This document shows positions 19,833-29,998 of a DNA stretch of 64,000 nt, piece after piece. The DNA is from Spirochaetales bacterium (GTDB lineage: Bacteria > Spirochaetota > Spirochaetia > JABEVK01), in the NCBI GenBank assembly GCA_037142615.1, contig JBAXAI010000011.1, positions 1 through 64,000 of the forward strand, read 5' to 3'. The notes beneath the pieces are model-generated. The model was not told the DNA's origin, made no database searches, and saw only the letters and a list, made by a program, of their open reading frames with translations. Position numbers and translations under genes: made by a program. The stretch's first letter is position 1, and each line of letters begins with the position of its first letter.

Positions 19833-20818
19833 TCAGTCTGCAGCTTGACCCTCGGCGTAGATTTGCTTCTGGAACCTTTGCCGAAAATCCGCAAGCGAGT
19901 AGATGCTTTCCTCGAACAGGCCGTACCCCATGAAGTTGGAGGTGGCGATCCTGATTTCAGCTTTGTGACCTAGGGGGAAATATTCCAGGTCTTCCAGTTT
20001 AGCTAGTTGTTTCTCCAAGATGGAAGATCTAGGGTGCAGGTTCGCAAGTAGCAAGATGAACTCGGGCTTGTCCTCGCTGAACCCAGCGAACCCCTGCGGG
20101 GCGTCGATCAGACTGAGTTCAACCTTCTGCCGAAAGATTGAGACTAACTCTTCCTTGAGGTTTCGAACGGCGGCTTTATCAGCCAGGAACTTGTTGAGGT
20201 CCCGTACATGGTCGACAATTCCCGACTTTCCTTCCTGCAAAGCATCCTTTCCAAACTTCAGCTCCATCAGAGCCAACCTAAGTCCGCTGGTCTTCCTTCT
20301 TGCGTTTGACGTGGATGGCCACTTCACACCCGCCAAATCATACCGCGCCTTACCCTTAACGTACTCGGTATCGCAGATATAGTAGTCCGTGTTCTGACCT
20401 GCGTATTTCTTCGCGTCAGCGTCTTTCTTCGGCTTCGTGCCCCTGTTGTTCTCACGGACAATGAGCTGCTGGCATTCCTTTTCTCGGTTATCACGGATTT
20501 CTGTGAAGTAGAAGTCAATCGTCGACTTGATGAGTGGAATTACCTTAACCCAGCCTGCAACCGCGTCGGGCGTGCCAACCTTCCCAGGCCGAGGCATCCA
20601 GGAAGGCACGAGTTCTCCCTCGAAGTAGTTGCCCGTGTGTTGGAAGCGATAGCCATCGAGCTCCGAAATCTCCAGAAGACTCCCCCCCGGTAATAAATCG
20701 TTACTTGGTTTTCCCGAATCTCCAGATTCAGTGTTGAGTCTTTCTGCACGTACTCCAAGATTGGTTGAAGCACGCCGCCTTTAAGGGCCTCCATAAATGT
20801 CTCACTCAGCTTTCGCAT
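19833..20818 (-). pseudogene. PD-(D/E)XK-like nuclease-fold protein, frameshifted at G7 tract
   Basis: ORFs 20540-20818 and 19833-20609 join (YYRGG-SLLEI...VPSWMPRP) if one G is added at 20682-20688; DTEY...RYDLAGV...LMELKFG motif. Confidence 0.7.
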
Positions 20819-20852
20819 GGTTCACTCCTCGAAAATTGAATCCCTGTTAAGT

Positions 20853-22472
20853 CTAGGCAGATTGCCTCATGAAGGCTACCTGATAGGCCAGCAAACTGTA
20901 GGCGAGGCTATGGCTTTTCATGAACGGTCGCCCTCCGGCCTGGACGAGGCGTTCCCAAACGGGAAGGGCAATATCCACGGCAAAGCCATTCGTGACCGCG
21001 GCTTCGACGAAGTTTGCCTTGGCTGGCTCTAGTGTCGCCGGGACTTGACGGAAAAGGACCCTACGAAGCGTCTCTGCCTCAGCCACGCCCAGCGCTGTCA
21101 GGTGCGCGACGATCTGGAGGACTTGCTCTTGGTAGACAAGAACGCCCCGAGTGCTATCGAGGATTGGAGCCAGCGGATCAGGCGTCTCATCGGGTGATGC
21201 GAGGCTTTTCGGTGCGTCGCAGTAGGCCGAAAAGGCTTCGTCGCCACCGGGTCGACACAGAGCATACACCACAGACAGCTCATCCAGAGTCCTGGGCTGC
21301 ACCTGCCGCAGCCACGCCCTGATTTTCGGAGACTCGAAGCCGAACACGCCTTCGGTTTCGCCATTCGCAAATGCGTTCCAAGTCGCTTGGTCATCCAAAG
21401 GGACCCCAGCCTGTGGTACGTCATCCAGTGCATCGAGGCCGAGAAGGTCGAACTTGATCAACCCGTGCAACTCAAGATCCTGGAAAGCACACTGAGGGAC
21501 CAAGCCTTCATGGGTGGGGTCCCAGAAGGATGCGAACTGGTCACTCAGGGGCCACGCAGAAACAATCACACCGCACCCGTGACAGGCGACATCGGCGACT
21601 CGATCGCGACCCCAGCGCTCTTTGAGATAGGCGACCACTTCGGTCCTTCTAGCCGCGCTCACATCAACATCGATATCGGGGACCACTGAGACACCAGGGT
21701 TGAAGAATCGCTCAAACAGCAACCCGTGGGCGAGAGGGTCGACGGCTGTAATCTTCAGGGCGTAGGCCACCATCGAGCCGGGTGTCGTACCGCGACCGGG
21801 CCCGACCGCAATTCCTTGGCTTCGTGCCCAAGCCAGCATGTCGGCCCAGATGAGCAGGTAGCTCGCCCAACCTCGGACGCAGAGTCCTGCCAATTCAATT
21901 TCAGCCCGCTGCTGAATCTCAGGAGTGACCACCTGGAACCGTTCGGCGAGTCCCAACTGCACAAGCTGGCGCAAGTACTGCTCGGTGGTCCCCACAAACC
22001 CGGGGGGAGGGAGAAACTCCGGCAACTGGATTTTCGGTTGGAGGACCTCCCAGAGGTAGCGCCGGGCCAACTCCTCGACGGTCTGCGGTGACAGGCCCTC
22101 ACTTGTGGTATTTCGCAGGATCACCAAATCGTCGTCTGCGAGCCCCAACTCGTCTTTCGTCAGATGCCGCTCGGACCTCGGATGGCGGGCGAAGTGGGTC
22201 GAAAGCTGCTGAAGGCGGCGGAACCCGGCCTCAGAGTGGACAAGCACCAACGACGTTGTGGGGTCGTCGGGCCCGGTGATCGGGAACTCGCAACCGATGA
22301 GGGGCAAAATGCCGTGCTGTTGGCAGGTGACCACGAACCGTCTGACACCGAACAAGGTGCCCTTGCCGAGGAGTGCGAGGGCTCTCAGACCGTGGGCCTT
22401 CCCGGCGGCGACGAACGGTGGAATCTCCCTGGACCCTTTGTTGACGGAGCTCAAACAGAGTGTGGGTTGCAT
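20853..22472 (-). CDS. miniature DnaE-like (C-family polymerase) protein, 539 aa
   Basis: GPGRGTTPGS, LLFERFFNP, PDIDVD, KFDLLGL, GVFGFES, LVYQEQ, FMKSHSLAY; AAGGAG RBS before ATG 22472. Confidence 0.85.
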   Translation of the reverse strand: MQPTLCLSSVNKGSREIPPFVAAGKAHGLRALALLGKGTLFGVRRFVVTCQQHGILPLIGCEFPITGPDDPTTSLVLVHSEAGFRRLQQLSTHFARHPRSERHLTKDELGLADDDLVILRNTTSEGLSPQTVEELARRYLWEVLQPKIQLPEFLPPPGFVGTTEQYLRQLVQLGLAERFQVVTPEIQQRAEIELAGLCVRGWASYLLIWADMLAWARSQGIAVGPGRGTTPGSMVAYALKITAVDPLAHGLLFERFFNPGVSVVPDIDVDVSAARRTEVVAYLKERWGRDRVADVACHGCGVIVSAWPLSDQFASFWDPTHEGLVPQCAFQDLELHGLIKFDLLGLDALDDVPQAGVPLDDQATWNAFANGETEGVFGFESPKIRAWLRQVQPRTLDELSVVYALCRPGGDEAFSAYCDAPKSLASPDETPDPLAPILDSTRGVLVYQEQVLQIVAHLTALGVAEAETLRRVLFRQVPATLEPAKANFVEAAVTNGFAVDIALPVWERLVQAGGRPFMKSHSLAYSLLAYQVAFMRQSA

Positions 22473-23710
22473 GAGGGTACTTCTCCTTTTTCGAACACGA
22501 TGGGGTCGCCGTCTCGGCAGTTCAAAACCGGAACCCCGAACTGATGGAACCGCCCAGGAGCTTCGGTGTGGATGGGAAGCAAACTCCTCGGCTGCAGCCC
22601 CTGAACGAGGGCCGCCAAAGTTGCGACGTCGGCGTGGCCGCTGGTATGGGCCATTTCGGGGGCAACCCCACGAGAGCCGAGGAAGTCGATCAGAGGCTTT
22701 GTGGAGGGCTCTTCGAGATACCCGGCCCACTGCGACCACAAGAACAACGAACGGGGCCCCACCTCGAGTTTCTGTAATTCCGCGAGCATATTGGGCCTGA
22801 CAAGGACGAGGTAACGGCCGGGGTGAGACTGGAGGTTCTGCATTCGAGTTTTGAATTTCGCCCAGCGCCCAACCCGGGACATCGTGACGTGCCGGAGCGC
22901 CCACGCGGTCAAGCGGCGTGGAAACCAAACACCGAGACCGGGAAACCTGGGAGCCGGAACTGGCAGAGCCGCAAACTCGGCCGCCACGCGCAACACTTCA
23001 GCGGCATACACGTCGATGACAAAGGTTCGGCCGCTGTGGCGTGCGGCCTTGTAGAGCGTCACCATCCGATCGAGGTTTTGGGCTGAGCAGGCCACCAGGG
23101 CAAGCCCCGAGGTGGTACGGAGGCGGTCGTAAATCTGCTCCTCGAGTTCCGTTTCCAAGAGGTTCTGCCCCGTAACCCGCCCAAGCCCCGTGCCCTCCAT
23201 CAGCAAGGCGTCGACGGCTTGCGGAGGCTTGTCCAGCAAGCGCTGGAAAAGTTTGCCCTTGCGTCCGTTACGCCGAAAATCGCCCGAGTAGAAGAGGCGA
23301 GTTCCGCCGGCTTCGACCAGAAACGCATACGAGTCAAAGGCAGAATGGTCCATCGGGAACGGTGTGACGGTGAAAGGGCCGATCGCAAACGGCCGCTGGT
23401 CCGTGAAAGTTGTCCACGTGTCGAGGCTCAACTCGGTCAACCCGAACTCTCGGTTCAAGCGGATCAGGCGGGCGGTGGCTTCGCTGCAGAAGACCGGTGC
23501 CGCAGGGCTCAGGGTGGCCAACAGCCCAAAGTGGTCCGCGTGGGCATGGCTGATCAGAACGGCGTCAAAAGCCGTCCCCACCAAGGCAGGAATCGAGTTG
23601 TAACCCGCAAGCGGCAGACCGCAATCCACGAGAATCCGGGAGTCGCCCTGCCGAAGTTCGACGCACGAGCCGCCTATCTGATGGGTACCGCGATGGATAG
23701 TTACAGTCAT
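22451..23710 (-). CDS. MBL-fold beta-CASP hydrolase, RNase J-like
   Basis: IGGSC, SHAHADH, DHSAFD, YSGDFR, LMEGT, HTSGHA, PIHTE. Confidence 0.9.
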   Translation of the reverse strand: MTVTIHRGTHQIGGSCVELRQGDSRILVDCGLPLAGYNSIPALVGTAFDAVLISHAHADHFGLLATLSPAAPVFCSEATARLIRLNREFGLTELSLDTWTTFTDQRPFAIGPFTVTPFPMDHSAFDSYAFLVEAGGTRLFYSGDFRRNGRKGKLFQRLLDKPPQAVDALLMEGTGLGRVTGQNLLETELEEQIYDRLRTTSGLALVACSAQNLDRMVTLYKAARHSGRTFVIDVYAAEVLRVAAEFAALPVPAPRFPGLGVWFPRRLTAWALRHVTMSRVGRWAKFKTRMQNLQSHPGRYLVLVRPNMLAELQKLEVGPRSLFLWSQWAGYLEEPSTKPLIDFLGSRGVAPEMAHTSGHADVATLAALVQGLQPRSLLPIHTEAPGRFHQFGVPVLNCRDGDPIVFEKGEVPSCNPHSV

Positions 23711-23719
23711 CTTGGCGCG

Positions 23720-23747
23720 ACTGTACCACGGAACGTGCAGTTGTCAA
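23720..23747 (-). promoter_or_regulatory. sigma70 promoter, near-leaderless transcript
   Basis: TTGACA-16 nt-TACAGT with extended TG, 9 nt upstream of ATG 23710; no SD. Confidence 0.6.
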
Positions 23748-23776
23748 GCTTTGGCGGGAAATCCGAAAATCTCCCC

Positions 23777-24532
23777 CTACACCAACCTGACGTCGAGCCC
23801 CAGTTCCTGCAACGCCGGGATCTGAGCGGCGGGAAAGTCGGTGTCGGTGATGAGCAGGTCGATCTTTTTGAGCGGCATGATCGACACAAAACCCGAGCGG
23901 CCGAACTTTGACGAGTCGACCACCAGGATGCGCTTTTCGGCCTGTTCGGCCATGGTCTTCACCATTTCGGCGCCCTCGACGAGGTGGGTGGTCAGGCCCT
24001 TTTCGAGCGTGAAGCCGTCGGTGCCCAAAAAGGCGAGTTTGACGTTGAAGCGGCGGATGGTGTCGAGCGCCAGGGGGCCGACAAACGACTCGTTGGCGCT
24101 GCGGAACTCGCCGCCCACCATGGTCACCTGCAGCGACGGGTTGGCACGCACGTAGGGCAGCACCAGCGTCGAGTCTGTCACCAGGTGGATGTGCCCCTTG
24201 CCCAGCAGATACTTCACCACCAGCGCCGTCGTGGTTCCGGCCACCAGCATGACGGTGTCGCCGTCGTTCACCAGGTCGGCTGCCGCCTTGGCAATGCGGT
24301 TCTTTTCGTCCACACGGTAGCTTTGCCGCTCGAGAACGCTGCGGTGAAAGGCCAGGTGGGCCCCCCCGTGCGAGCGCACGATGACGCCCCGCGAGGCGAG
24401 ATCCTTCAGGTCGGCCCGGACGGTGACATCCGACACCGCGAGAAGCTTGCCCAGTTCGGTGACCGACACGTTGGGCTGTTCGGTGAGCGTCTGGAGAATA
24501 AGCTTTTCGCGGGCGGTCAGGCTTTCGAGCAT
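23777..24532 (-). CDS. DeoR/GlpR family transcriptional regulator
   Basis: VSDVTVRADL HTH, RSHGGA, EKNRIAKAA, AGTTT, DSSKFG. Confidence 0.93.
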   Translation of the reverse strand: MLESLTAREKLILQTLTEQPNVSVTELGKLLAVSDVTVRADLKDLASRGVIVRSHGGAHLAFHRSVLERQSYRVDEKNRIAKAAADLVNDGDTVMLVAGTTTALVVKYLLGKGHIHLVTDSTLVLPYVRANPSLQVTMVGGEFRSANESFVGPLALDTIRRFNVKLAFLGTDGFTLEKGLTTHLVEGAEMVKTMAEQAEKRILVVDSSKFGRSGFVSIMPLKKIDLLITDTDFPAAQIPALQELGLDVRLV

Positions 24533-24609
24533 GGCCCTAGTATACGCAAACCGGGTTGCCATGGAACCCCCGCTTGCCCGGGCGCCCTCGGTTCCACTAT
24601 GTTGGGAAC

Positions 24610-25827
24610 ATGCAAAGTTACCTGGACCGACTGAATCAACTCTGGAAGTTCGACGACCTGTTCAGCTTCGGAGACCACTGGGAGAGCCTGGCCGTGTGGG
24701 CCACGGCCCTGGTTGCGGTGGGTGTGCTGGCCTACGCGCTGGGCTGGATTGTCCGCGCTGTCATCGGCGGGCTCATTGCTGGTCTGGCCCGCAAGACCGA
24801 GACCAAGTGGGACGACTACCTGTTCGACAAGAAGTTCTTCCATCGTTTGGGCAACCTGATTCCTTCGGTCGCGAGCTACTTTTTGTTCCTGTCCATCGTC
24901 GCCCCGGGAAAAGTCGGCACGCTCGACGGCGCGCTGTACCCTTTGGTGACCAAGGTGCTTCTGTTGTGGATCTGCTGGGCAGCGACCTCGTTCTTCGTGC
25001 AACTCTCGACCAACTGGGAACGGGGCTACCGCGAGGTAAGGGGTGTACGCCAGATACCGATGCGCAGCTATGTGCAGGTGGTGCAACTATTTGTGTACAT
25101 GCTGGGCGGGGTTCTCGCTGTCTCGGTTGTGCTCGACCAAAACCCGTTGGGTATTCTCGGCGGTTTGGGCGCCATGACTGCGGTGCTGCTGCTCGTGTTC
25201 AAGGACACGCTCCTGGGCCTTGTGGCCTCGCTGCAGGTAAGTTCGAACAAGCTGGTGCAAGTCGGCGACCGGGTGGAGTTTCCGAGCCTGAACATCGAGG
25301 GCGAAGTGGTCGACATCGCGCTGAGCGTGGTCAAAATCAAGAGCGGTGACAACACGGTGTATTCGATGCCCACGTACAACCTGGTCTCGCTGCCGTTCAA
25401 AAACTGGAGCCATGTGGCCGACGTGGGGGCCCGCCGCCTAAAGCTGGCGTTTCCCGTCGATGCGCTCACCATTGCCCCCCTCGCCTCTGGGCAGGAAAAA
25501 GCCCTGCGGACCACCGGCCTGTGGAAAGTCCCCGAGGACCTCAAGGGCGTAAGCAACGCCGAAGCGTTCCGGTTCTGGTGTCAGGATTATCTGGACGGCC
25601 ACGCGCAAGTGCACAAGGGCGAGGCCCGCTTGGTCAAACTGGGGCAACCGGTCGGCCGCGGCCTGCCCTTCGAAATGGTCTTTTATACCCAACTCACCAC
25701 CTACCCCGACTGGGAGCACCTGAGTTCGCGCCTGCTCAGCCAGTTCCTGGCAACCCTACCCGAGTTCGGACTGCGGGTGTTTCAGGAGCCTGTGGGCGTG
25801 GTTTCGGCCCCAGCGGTGGCGACTTAG
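24610..25827 (+). CDS. small-conductance mechanosensitive channel (YbdG/MscM-like)
   Basis: LGAMTAVLLLVFKDTLLGLVASLQ, VGDRVE, FKNWS. Confidence 0.9.
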   Translation: MQSYLDRLNQLWKFDDLFSFGDHWESLAVWATALVAVGVLAYALGWIVRAVIGGLIAGLARKTETKWDDYLFDKKFFHRLGNLIPSVASYFLFLSIVAPGKVGTLDGALYPLVTKVLLLWICWAATSFFVQLSTNWERGYREVRGVRQIPMRSYVQVVQLFVYMLGGVLAVSVVLDQNPLGILGGLGAMTAVLLLVFKDTLLGLVASLQVSSNKLVQVGDRVEFPSLNIEGEVVDIALSVVKIKSGDNTVYSMPTYNLVSLPFKNWSHVADVGARRLKLAFPVDALTIAPLASGQEKALRTTGLWKVPEDLKGVSNAEAFRFWCQDYLDGHAQVHKGEARLVKLGQPVGRGLPFEMVFYTQLTTYPDWEHLSSRLLSQFLATLPEFGLRVFQEPVGVVSAPAVAT

Positions 25828-26774
25828 CTCAAACTGACCGCGTTGAACACGTAGCCCGTTATCATGATTCCCAAAGAAACCACGGCGATGAAGGCCCCGA
25901 GCAACCGCGGCTTGAGCACCTTTCGCAAAATGACGAACTCGGGGAACGACAACGCGGTGACGGCCATCATGAAGGCAAGCGCCGTACCCAGCGGCACGCC
26001 TTTTTCAAACAGCGCGCTGATGATGGGAATGATGCCGGCCGCGTTGGAATACAGCGGAACCCCCAGCAAAGTCGCCAGCGGGACCGAATACCATTGGCCC
26101 TTGCCCAGATACTGCACAAAGAAGTCTTCGGGCACGTACCCGTGGATAAACGCCCCGATGGCGATGGCCACCAACACGTAAAGCCATACCTTGTAAAGAA
26201 TATCGGTCGTCTCACCCCAGGCGGTTTTGGCGCGTTCCTTCCAGGAGGGTTTCACTTCGGCCAGTGAGGGGCCTTCTTTGCCAAACACAAACCCCTCCAC
26301 GCTCGACTCCAGCTTCAGGGCTCCGATCACCAGGCCGGCGACAATAGCGATGAGCAGGCCGGTGCCGATGTAGATCAGCGCGATCTTCCAGCCAAACAAC
26401 CCCGCCAGCATCACCAGCGCCACCTCGTTGATCATCGGCGAGGCGATCAGGAACGAAAAGGTCACCCCCAGTGGAATGCCGCCGCGCACAAACCCGATGA
26501 ACAGGGGTACCGCCGAGCACGAACAAAAGGGCGTCACGATTCCCAGGAGCGCTGCCAGCACGTTGCCGACGCCGGGTGGCAGTTTCGAGATCAGTCGCTT
26601 GGTCGTCTCCACGGGAAAGAACGTGCGCAAAAACGAAATGACAAAAATGATGGTAACCAGAAGCAAGAAGATCTTGCCGGTGTCGTAGATGAAAAACTCC
26701 AGCACGGCCCCCAGCGGCCCCTGGGGCACAGCCAGCACCGTGTAGACCCACCACGCGATGTAGGTTTCGATCAT
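25824..26774 (-). CDS. ArsP/UPF0718-type permease
   Basis: FFIYDTGKI, TPFCSCSAVP, SPMINE, GTALAFMMAV. Confidence 0.88.
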   Translation of the reverse strand: MIETYIAWWVYTVLAVPQGPLGAVLEFFIYDTGKIFLLLVTIIFVISFLRTFFPVETTKRLISKLPPGVGNVLAALLGIVTPFCSCSAVPLFIGFVRGGIPLGVTFSFLIASPMINEVALVMLAGLFGWKIALIYIGTGLLIAIVAGLVIGALKLESSVEGFVFGKEGPSLAEVKPSWKERAKTAWGETTDILYKVWLYVLVAIAIGAFIHGYVPEDFFVQYLGKGQWYSVPLATLLGVPLYSNAAGIIPIISALFEKGVPLGTALAFMMAVTALSFPEFVILRKVLKPRLLGAFIAVVSLGIMITGYVFNAVSLS

Positions 26775-26776
26775 CG

Positions 26777-27010
26777 CTAAACCGCGAGCAGGGCTTTCAC
26801 CTGGTCCTTGGTGAGCACCTTGCCCGACGACCGGATGACGCCGTTGACGCCGAGCGCCGGCGTGGTCATCACGCCCATGGCTGCGATGGTACCAAAGTCG
26901 CTGATCTTTTCGACGCTCGCCGAAAGACCCAGTTCGGCGATAGCCTCGCGGGTGGTCTTTTCGAGCAGGTTGCACTTGGCGCAGCCGCTCCCCAGAATCT
27001 GAATGGTCAT
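26777..27010 (-). CDS. small thioredoxin-like redox-active disulfide protein (MTH895-like)
   Basis: ILGSGCAKC, GVMTTPAL. Confidence 0.9.
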   Translation of the reverse strand: MTIQILGSGCAKCNLLEKTTREAIAELGLSASVEKISDFGTIAAMGVMTTPALGVNGVIRSSGKVLTKDQVKALLAV

Positions 27011-27022
27011 GGCGGTCTCCTA

Positions 27023-27044
27023 TAGTTTCCATTATAGGAAACTA
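27023..27044. promoter_or_regulatory. inverted repeat operator upstream of thioredoxin/permease operon
   Basis: TAGTTTCC-attata-GGAAACTA. Confidence 0.6.
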
Positions 27045-27103
27045 AGAGCGGACGTCAAGGTCTGGCAAAGTTAACCGGGGGGAACTATGCTTGACCGCAT
27101 ATC

Positions 27104-29998
27104 ATGGCAAAGGCACCAAAAAAGAAACCCGTTCGAACCGAAGTTGCCGACCTGCTGGTAGTCGGAATCGGAGCCTCCGCCGGGGGCCTCGAGGCCCTGC
27201 AGGAGTTCTTCAAGGCCGTTCCTCTCGACACGGGGCTGGCCTTCGTCGTCATCCAGCACCTGTCACCCGACTACAAAAGCCTGATGGACGAGCTGCTGGC
27301 ACGGCAGACCAAACTCAAGATCCTGGTCATCGAAGACTCCATGCCGCTCGAGCCGAACACCATTTTCCTGATTCCACCGCGTAAGGACCTGTCGATTTTT
27401 CACGACAAACTGATCTTGCAGGAACAGAGCCTCAAGCGCGGGCTGCATCTGCCGGTCGATGTGTTTTTCGCGTCGCTGGCCGCCGAAAAGGGCAAAAACG
27501 CCATTGGCATCATCCTTTCGGGCACGGGCAGCGATGGCACTTTGGGCACCCGCGCCATCAAGGAAGCCGGCGGCATGGTGATGGTGCAAGACGAAAAAAC
27601 CGCCAAGTTCGACGGCATGCCGCGTTCGTCGATCTCCACCGGCTTGGTCGACTACATCTTGCCGCCGAACCAAATGCCCGAGGCTCTGGTCACCTACGTG
27701 CACCACCCCTTTGTGCAAAAAGGCACCAGCCTCGAAAACACCCTCGCCCAGAACTTCGATCCGCTGAGCAAGATCATGCTGCTGCTGCGCGACCACAGCG
27801 GCATCGACTTTTCGTACTACAAAGAAAACACCGTCATCCGCCGCCTGGAACGCCGCGTGAGCATCAACCGCTTCGACACGCTCGACGAGTACCTGGTGTA
27901 CCTGGCTGACTCTGACAAAGAGAAAAGCAGCCTTTTCCGCGAAATGCTCATCGGCGTGACCCGGTTCTTCCGCGATACCGAGGCCTTCGACGCTCTGCAA
28001 AAAAAGGTGTTCCCGCTGTTGGCGCACAAGCGCCATTTACGCATCTGGTCGGCGGGGTGCTCCACCGGCGAGGAGGTGTACTCGCTGGCCATTCTGGTGC
28101 TGTCGTATCTGGAGCAGAACAAACTCACCTGCGAAGTCACGATCTTTGCCACCGATGTCGATCGCCATTCCCTCGAAGTGGCGGGGCGAGGCTTCTACGC
28201 CGACAGCGTCGTGGCCGACGTCGATCCGGCCCTCATGAACCGCTACTTCCACAAACAGGAAGACGGCTACCAGGTCACCGAGGCCGTGAGGCGGATGATC
28301 GTGTTTGCCTCCCACAACGTGCTCAAGGATCCGCCGTTTTCCAAACTCGACCTGTTGGTCTGCCGCAACCTGTTCATCTACTTCAAGCCCGAGCTGCAGA
28401 CTCGGCTCTTGAGCTCGTTTTATCACAGCCTGTCGCCCGAGGGCTTCCTGTTCATGGGCTCTTCCGAAAGCCTGGGCGAGGTTTCCGAAGGCTTCGAGCC
28501 CCTCGATTCGAAGTGGAAGATCTACCGGTACCGTCCCGGCTTCCAGGTTTCGCTCGCCAAGACGTTGCCGCTCACGGTGTCGGTGGACGAGACCGAGTCC
28601 AGGCTGACGGGCGCGAGGCAAAAGGAATTGGCGCGGTGGGACCACATGATGAGCCAAGTGCTCTCGCTGTACCTGCCTCCGTCGGTGGTGGTCGATGCCC
28701 AAGACCAGGTGCTGCAGACCATCAACGACATGAGCCGTTTCCTCAAAATCCCGAGCGGTCGATTCTCGCAGAACCTGTATGACCTGTTGCCCCACGAACT
28801 GGGACTCCTCGTCAGCTCGTTGCTTCGCAAAATCAAAAAAAGCGGCGAGAGCTTCTTGCTCGAAAACCTGGTCGGCATCAAAGGCTTCGAAGGCGAACTT
28901 CTGAGCCTCCAGGGCCATGTGCTCAGCTCCGACCGGTCCACCTACTACTTGCTGTGCTTCCGCACCAACGCCGCGACCGCCGCTGTTGCGACCGACGTTT
29001 CGCCTCCGCAGGAAGTCAACCAACTGTACGCCGGGCGGGTCGGCGACCTCGAAAGGGAGTTGCAATTTACCCGCGAAAGTCTTCAGGCGACCGTCGAAGA
29101 GCTCGAAACCTCGAATGAGGAGCTCCAGTCGAGCAACGAAGAGCTGATTGCCAGCAACGAGGAACTTCAGAGCACCAACGAAGAGCTCCAGTCGGTGAAC
29201 GAGGAGCTGTACACCGTCAACACCGAGTTCCAGAACAAGATCGAGGAACTGACCACCCTCAACAACGACGAAGTGAACCTGCTGCGCAACACCGAAATCG
29301 GTGCCCTCTACCTCGACCACCGCCTGTGCATTCGCAAGCTCACGCCGCGGGTGACCGAAATCACGCGCATTGTGGCCGCCGATGAAGGGCGCCCGCTCGA
29401 CCACCTTTCGGCACTGCCGGGCTATCCTCAGCTGATCGAAGACATTCACGCGGTAAGCGACACGCTGCGGCCTCTCGACCGGGAAATCGTCGGCGTTGAC
29501 AAAAAAACCTACTTGGCCAGCATCCGGCCGTTTCGCACGGGGTTCAACTCGATTGAGGGCATTCTGGTCACCTTTGTCGAAATTACCAAACTCAAGCAGG
29601 CGCAGGAGTTGGCCTCGCAGGCGCGCCACCGGCTCGAAGACGCGCTCCGCATGGGGCAGATGGCCTGGTGGGAATGGGACTACCAAACCGGCGAAGTGCG
29701 TTATGACCCGCTGAAAGCCACGATGATCGGCTACACCGTAGACGAGTTCCCGCATCACGTCGATGACGTGTGTGCCCTGATTCACCCCGAGGATTACGAC
29801 AAGACCATGGAGGCGATGACCGATCACCTGCGGGGCAAAACCGACCTGTGGGAAGTGAGCTACCGCATCCGGCGCAAGGACGGAGACTACGCCGTGTACT
29901 ACGATCGGGGGACCATTTCCGAGCGGGATGCTGCCGGCAAGCCTTTGCGCTTGGTCGGCACCGTCATCCGGATGCGCGAAGGGCTGTACCGTGGGTGA
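27104..29998 (+). CDS. CheB/CheR fusion protein with PAS domains
   Basis: GASAGG/QH/SGTGSDG CheB triad; [10 protein letters not shown] CheR; EELQS.NEEL coiled coil; C-terminal PAS. Confidence 0.93.
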   Translation: MAKAPKKKPVRTEVADLLVVGIGASAGGLEALQEFFKAVPLDTGLAFVVIQHLSPDYKSLMDELLARQTKLKILVIEDSMPLEPNTIFLIPPRKDLSIFHDKLILQEQSLKRGLHLPVDVFFASLAAEKGKNAIGIILSGTGSDGTLGTRAIKEAGGMVMVQDEKTAKFDGMPRSSISTGLVDYILPPNQMPEALVTYVHHPFVQKGTSLENTLAQNFDPLSKIMLLLRDHSGIDFSYYKENTVIRRLERRVSINRFDTLDEYLVYLADSDKEKSSLFREMLIGVTRFFRDTEAFDALQKKVFPLLAHKRHLRIWSAGCSTGEEVYSLAILVLSYLEQNKLTCEVTIFATDVDRHSLEVAGRGFYADSVVADVDPALMNRYFHKQEDGYQVTEAVRRMIVFASHNVLKDPPFSKLDLLVCRNLFIYFKPELQTRLLSSFYHSLSPEGFLFMGSSESLGEVSEGFEPLDSKWKIYRYRPGFQVSLAKTLPLTVSVDETESRLTGARQKELARWDHMMSQVLSLYLPPSVVVDAQDQVLQTINDMSRFLKIPSGRFSQNLYDLLPHELGLLVSSLLRKIKKSGESFLLENLVGIKGFEGELLSLQGHVLSSDRSTYYLLCFRTNAATAAVATDVSPPQEVNQLYAGRVGDLERELQFTRESLQATVEELETSNEELQSSNEELIASNEELQSTNEELQSVNEELYTVNTEFQNKIEELTTLNNDEVNLLRNTEIGALYLDHRLCIRKLTPRVTEITRIVAADEGRPLDHLSALPGYPQLIEDIHAVSDTLRPLDREIVGVDKKTYLASIRPFRTGFNSIEGILVTFVEITKLKQAQELASQARHRLEDALRMGQMAWWEWDYQTGEVRYDPLKATMIGYTVDEFPHHVDDVCALIHPEDYDKTMEAMTDHLRGKTDLWEVSYRIRRKDGDYAVYYDRGTISERDAAGKPLRLVGTVIRMREGLYRG

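Noticed and set aside
19683-19833. Integron attC site after the nuclease gene
   Set aside because: An ACTCAAC and a GTTATGC are present but not paired as RYYYAAC...GTTRRRY on one strand; no integrase.
20853-22472. Mini-DnaE as the N-half of a split-intein DnaE or as DnaE2 of an imuABC cassette
   Set aside because: No intein sequence; the protein extends past the FNKSH-equivalent motif that starts the C-half in cyanobacterial split DnaE; no imuA/imuB nearby.
22473-22928. N-terminal 152 aa of the 691-aa DnaE ORF call
   Set aside because: Overlaps the MBL gene in another frame; the RBS and homology support the ATG at 22472.
29090-29230. 21-nt periodic repeats resembling an array
   Set aside because: They encode the known EELQS.NEEL heptad coiled coil of CheB/CheR fusions; no spacers, so not CRISPR.
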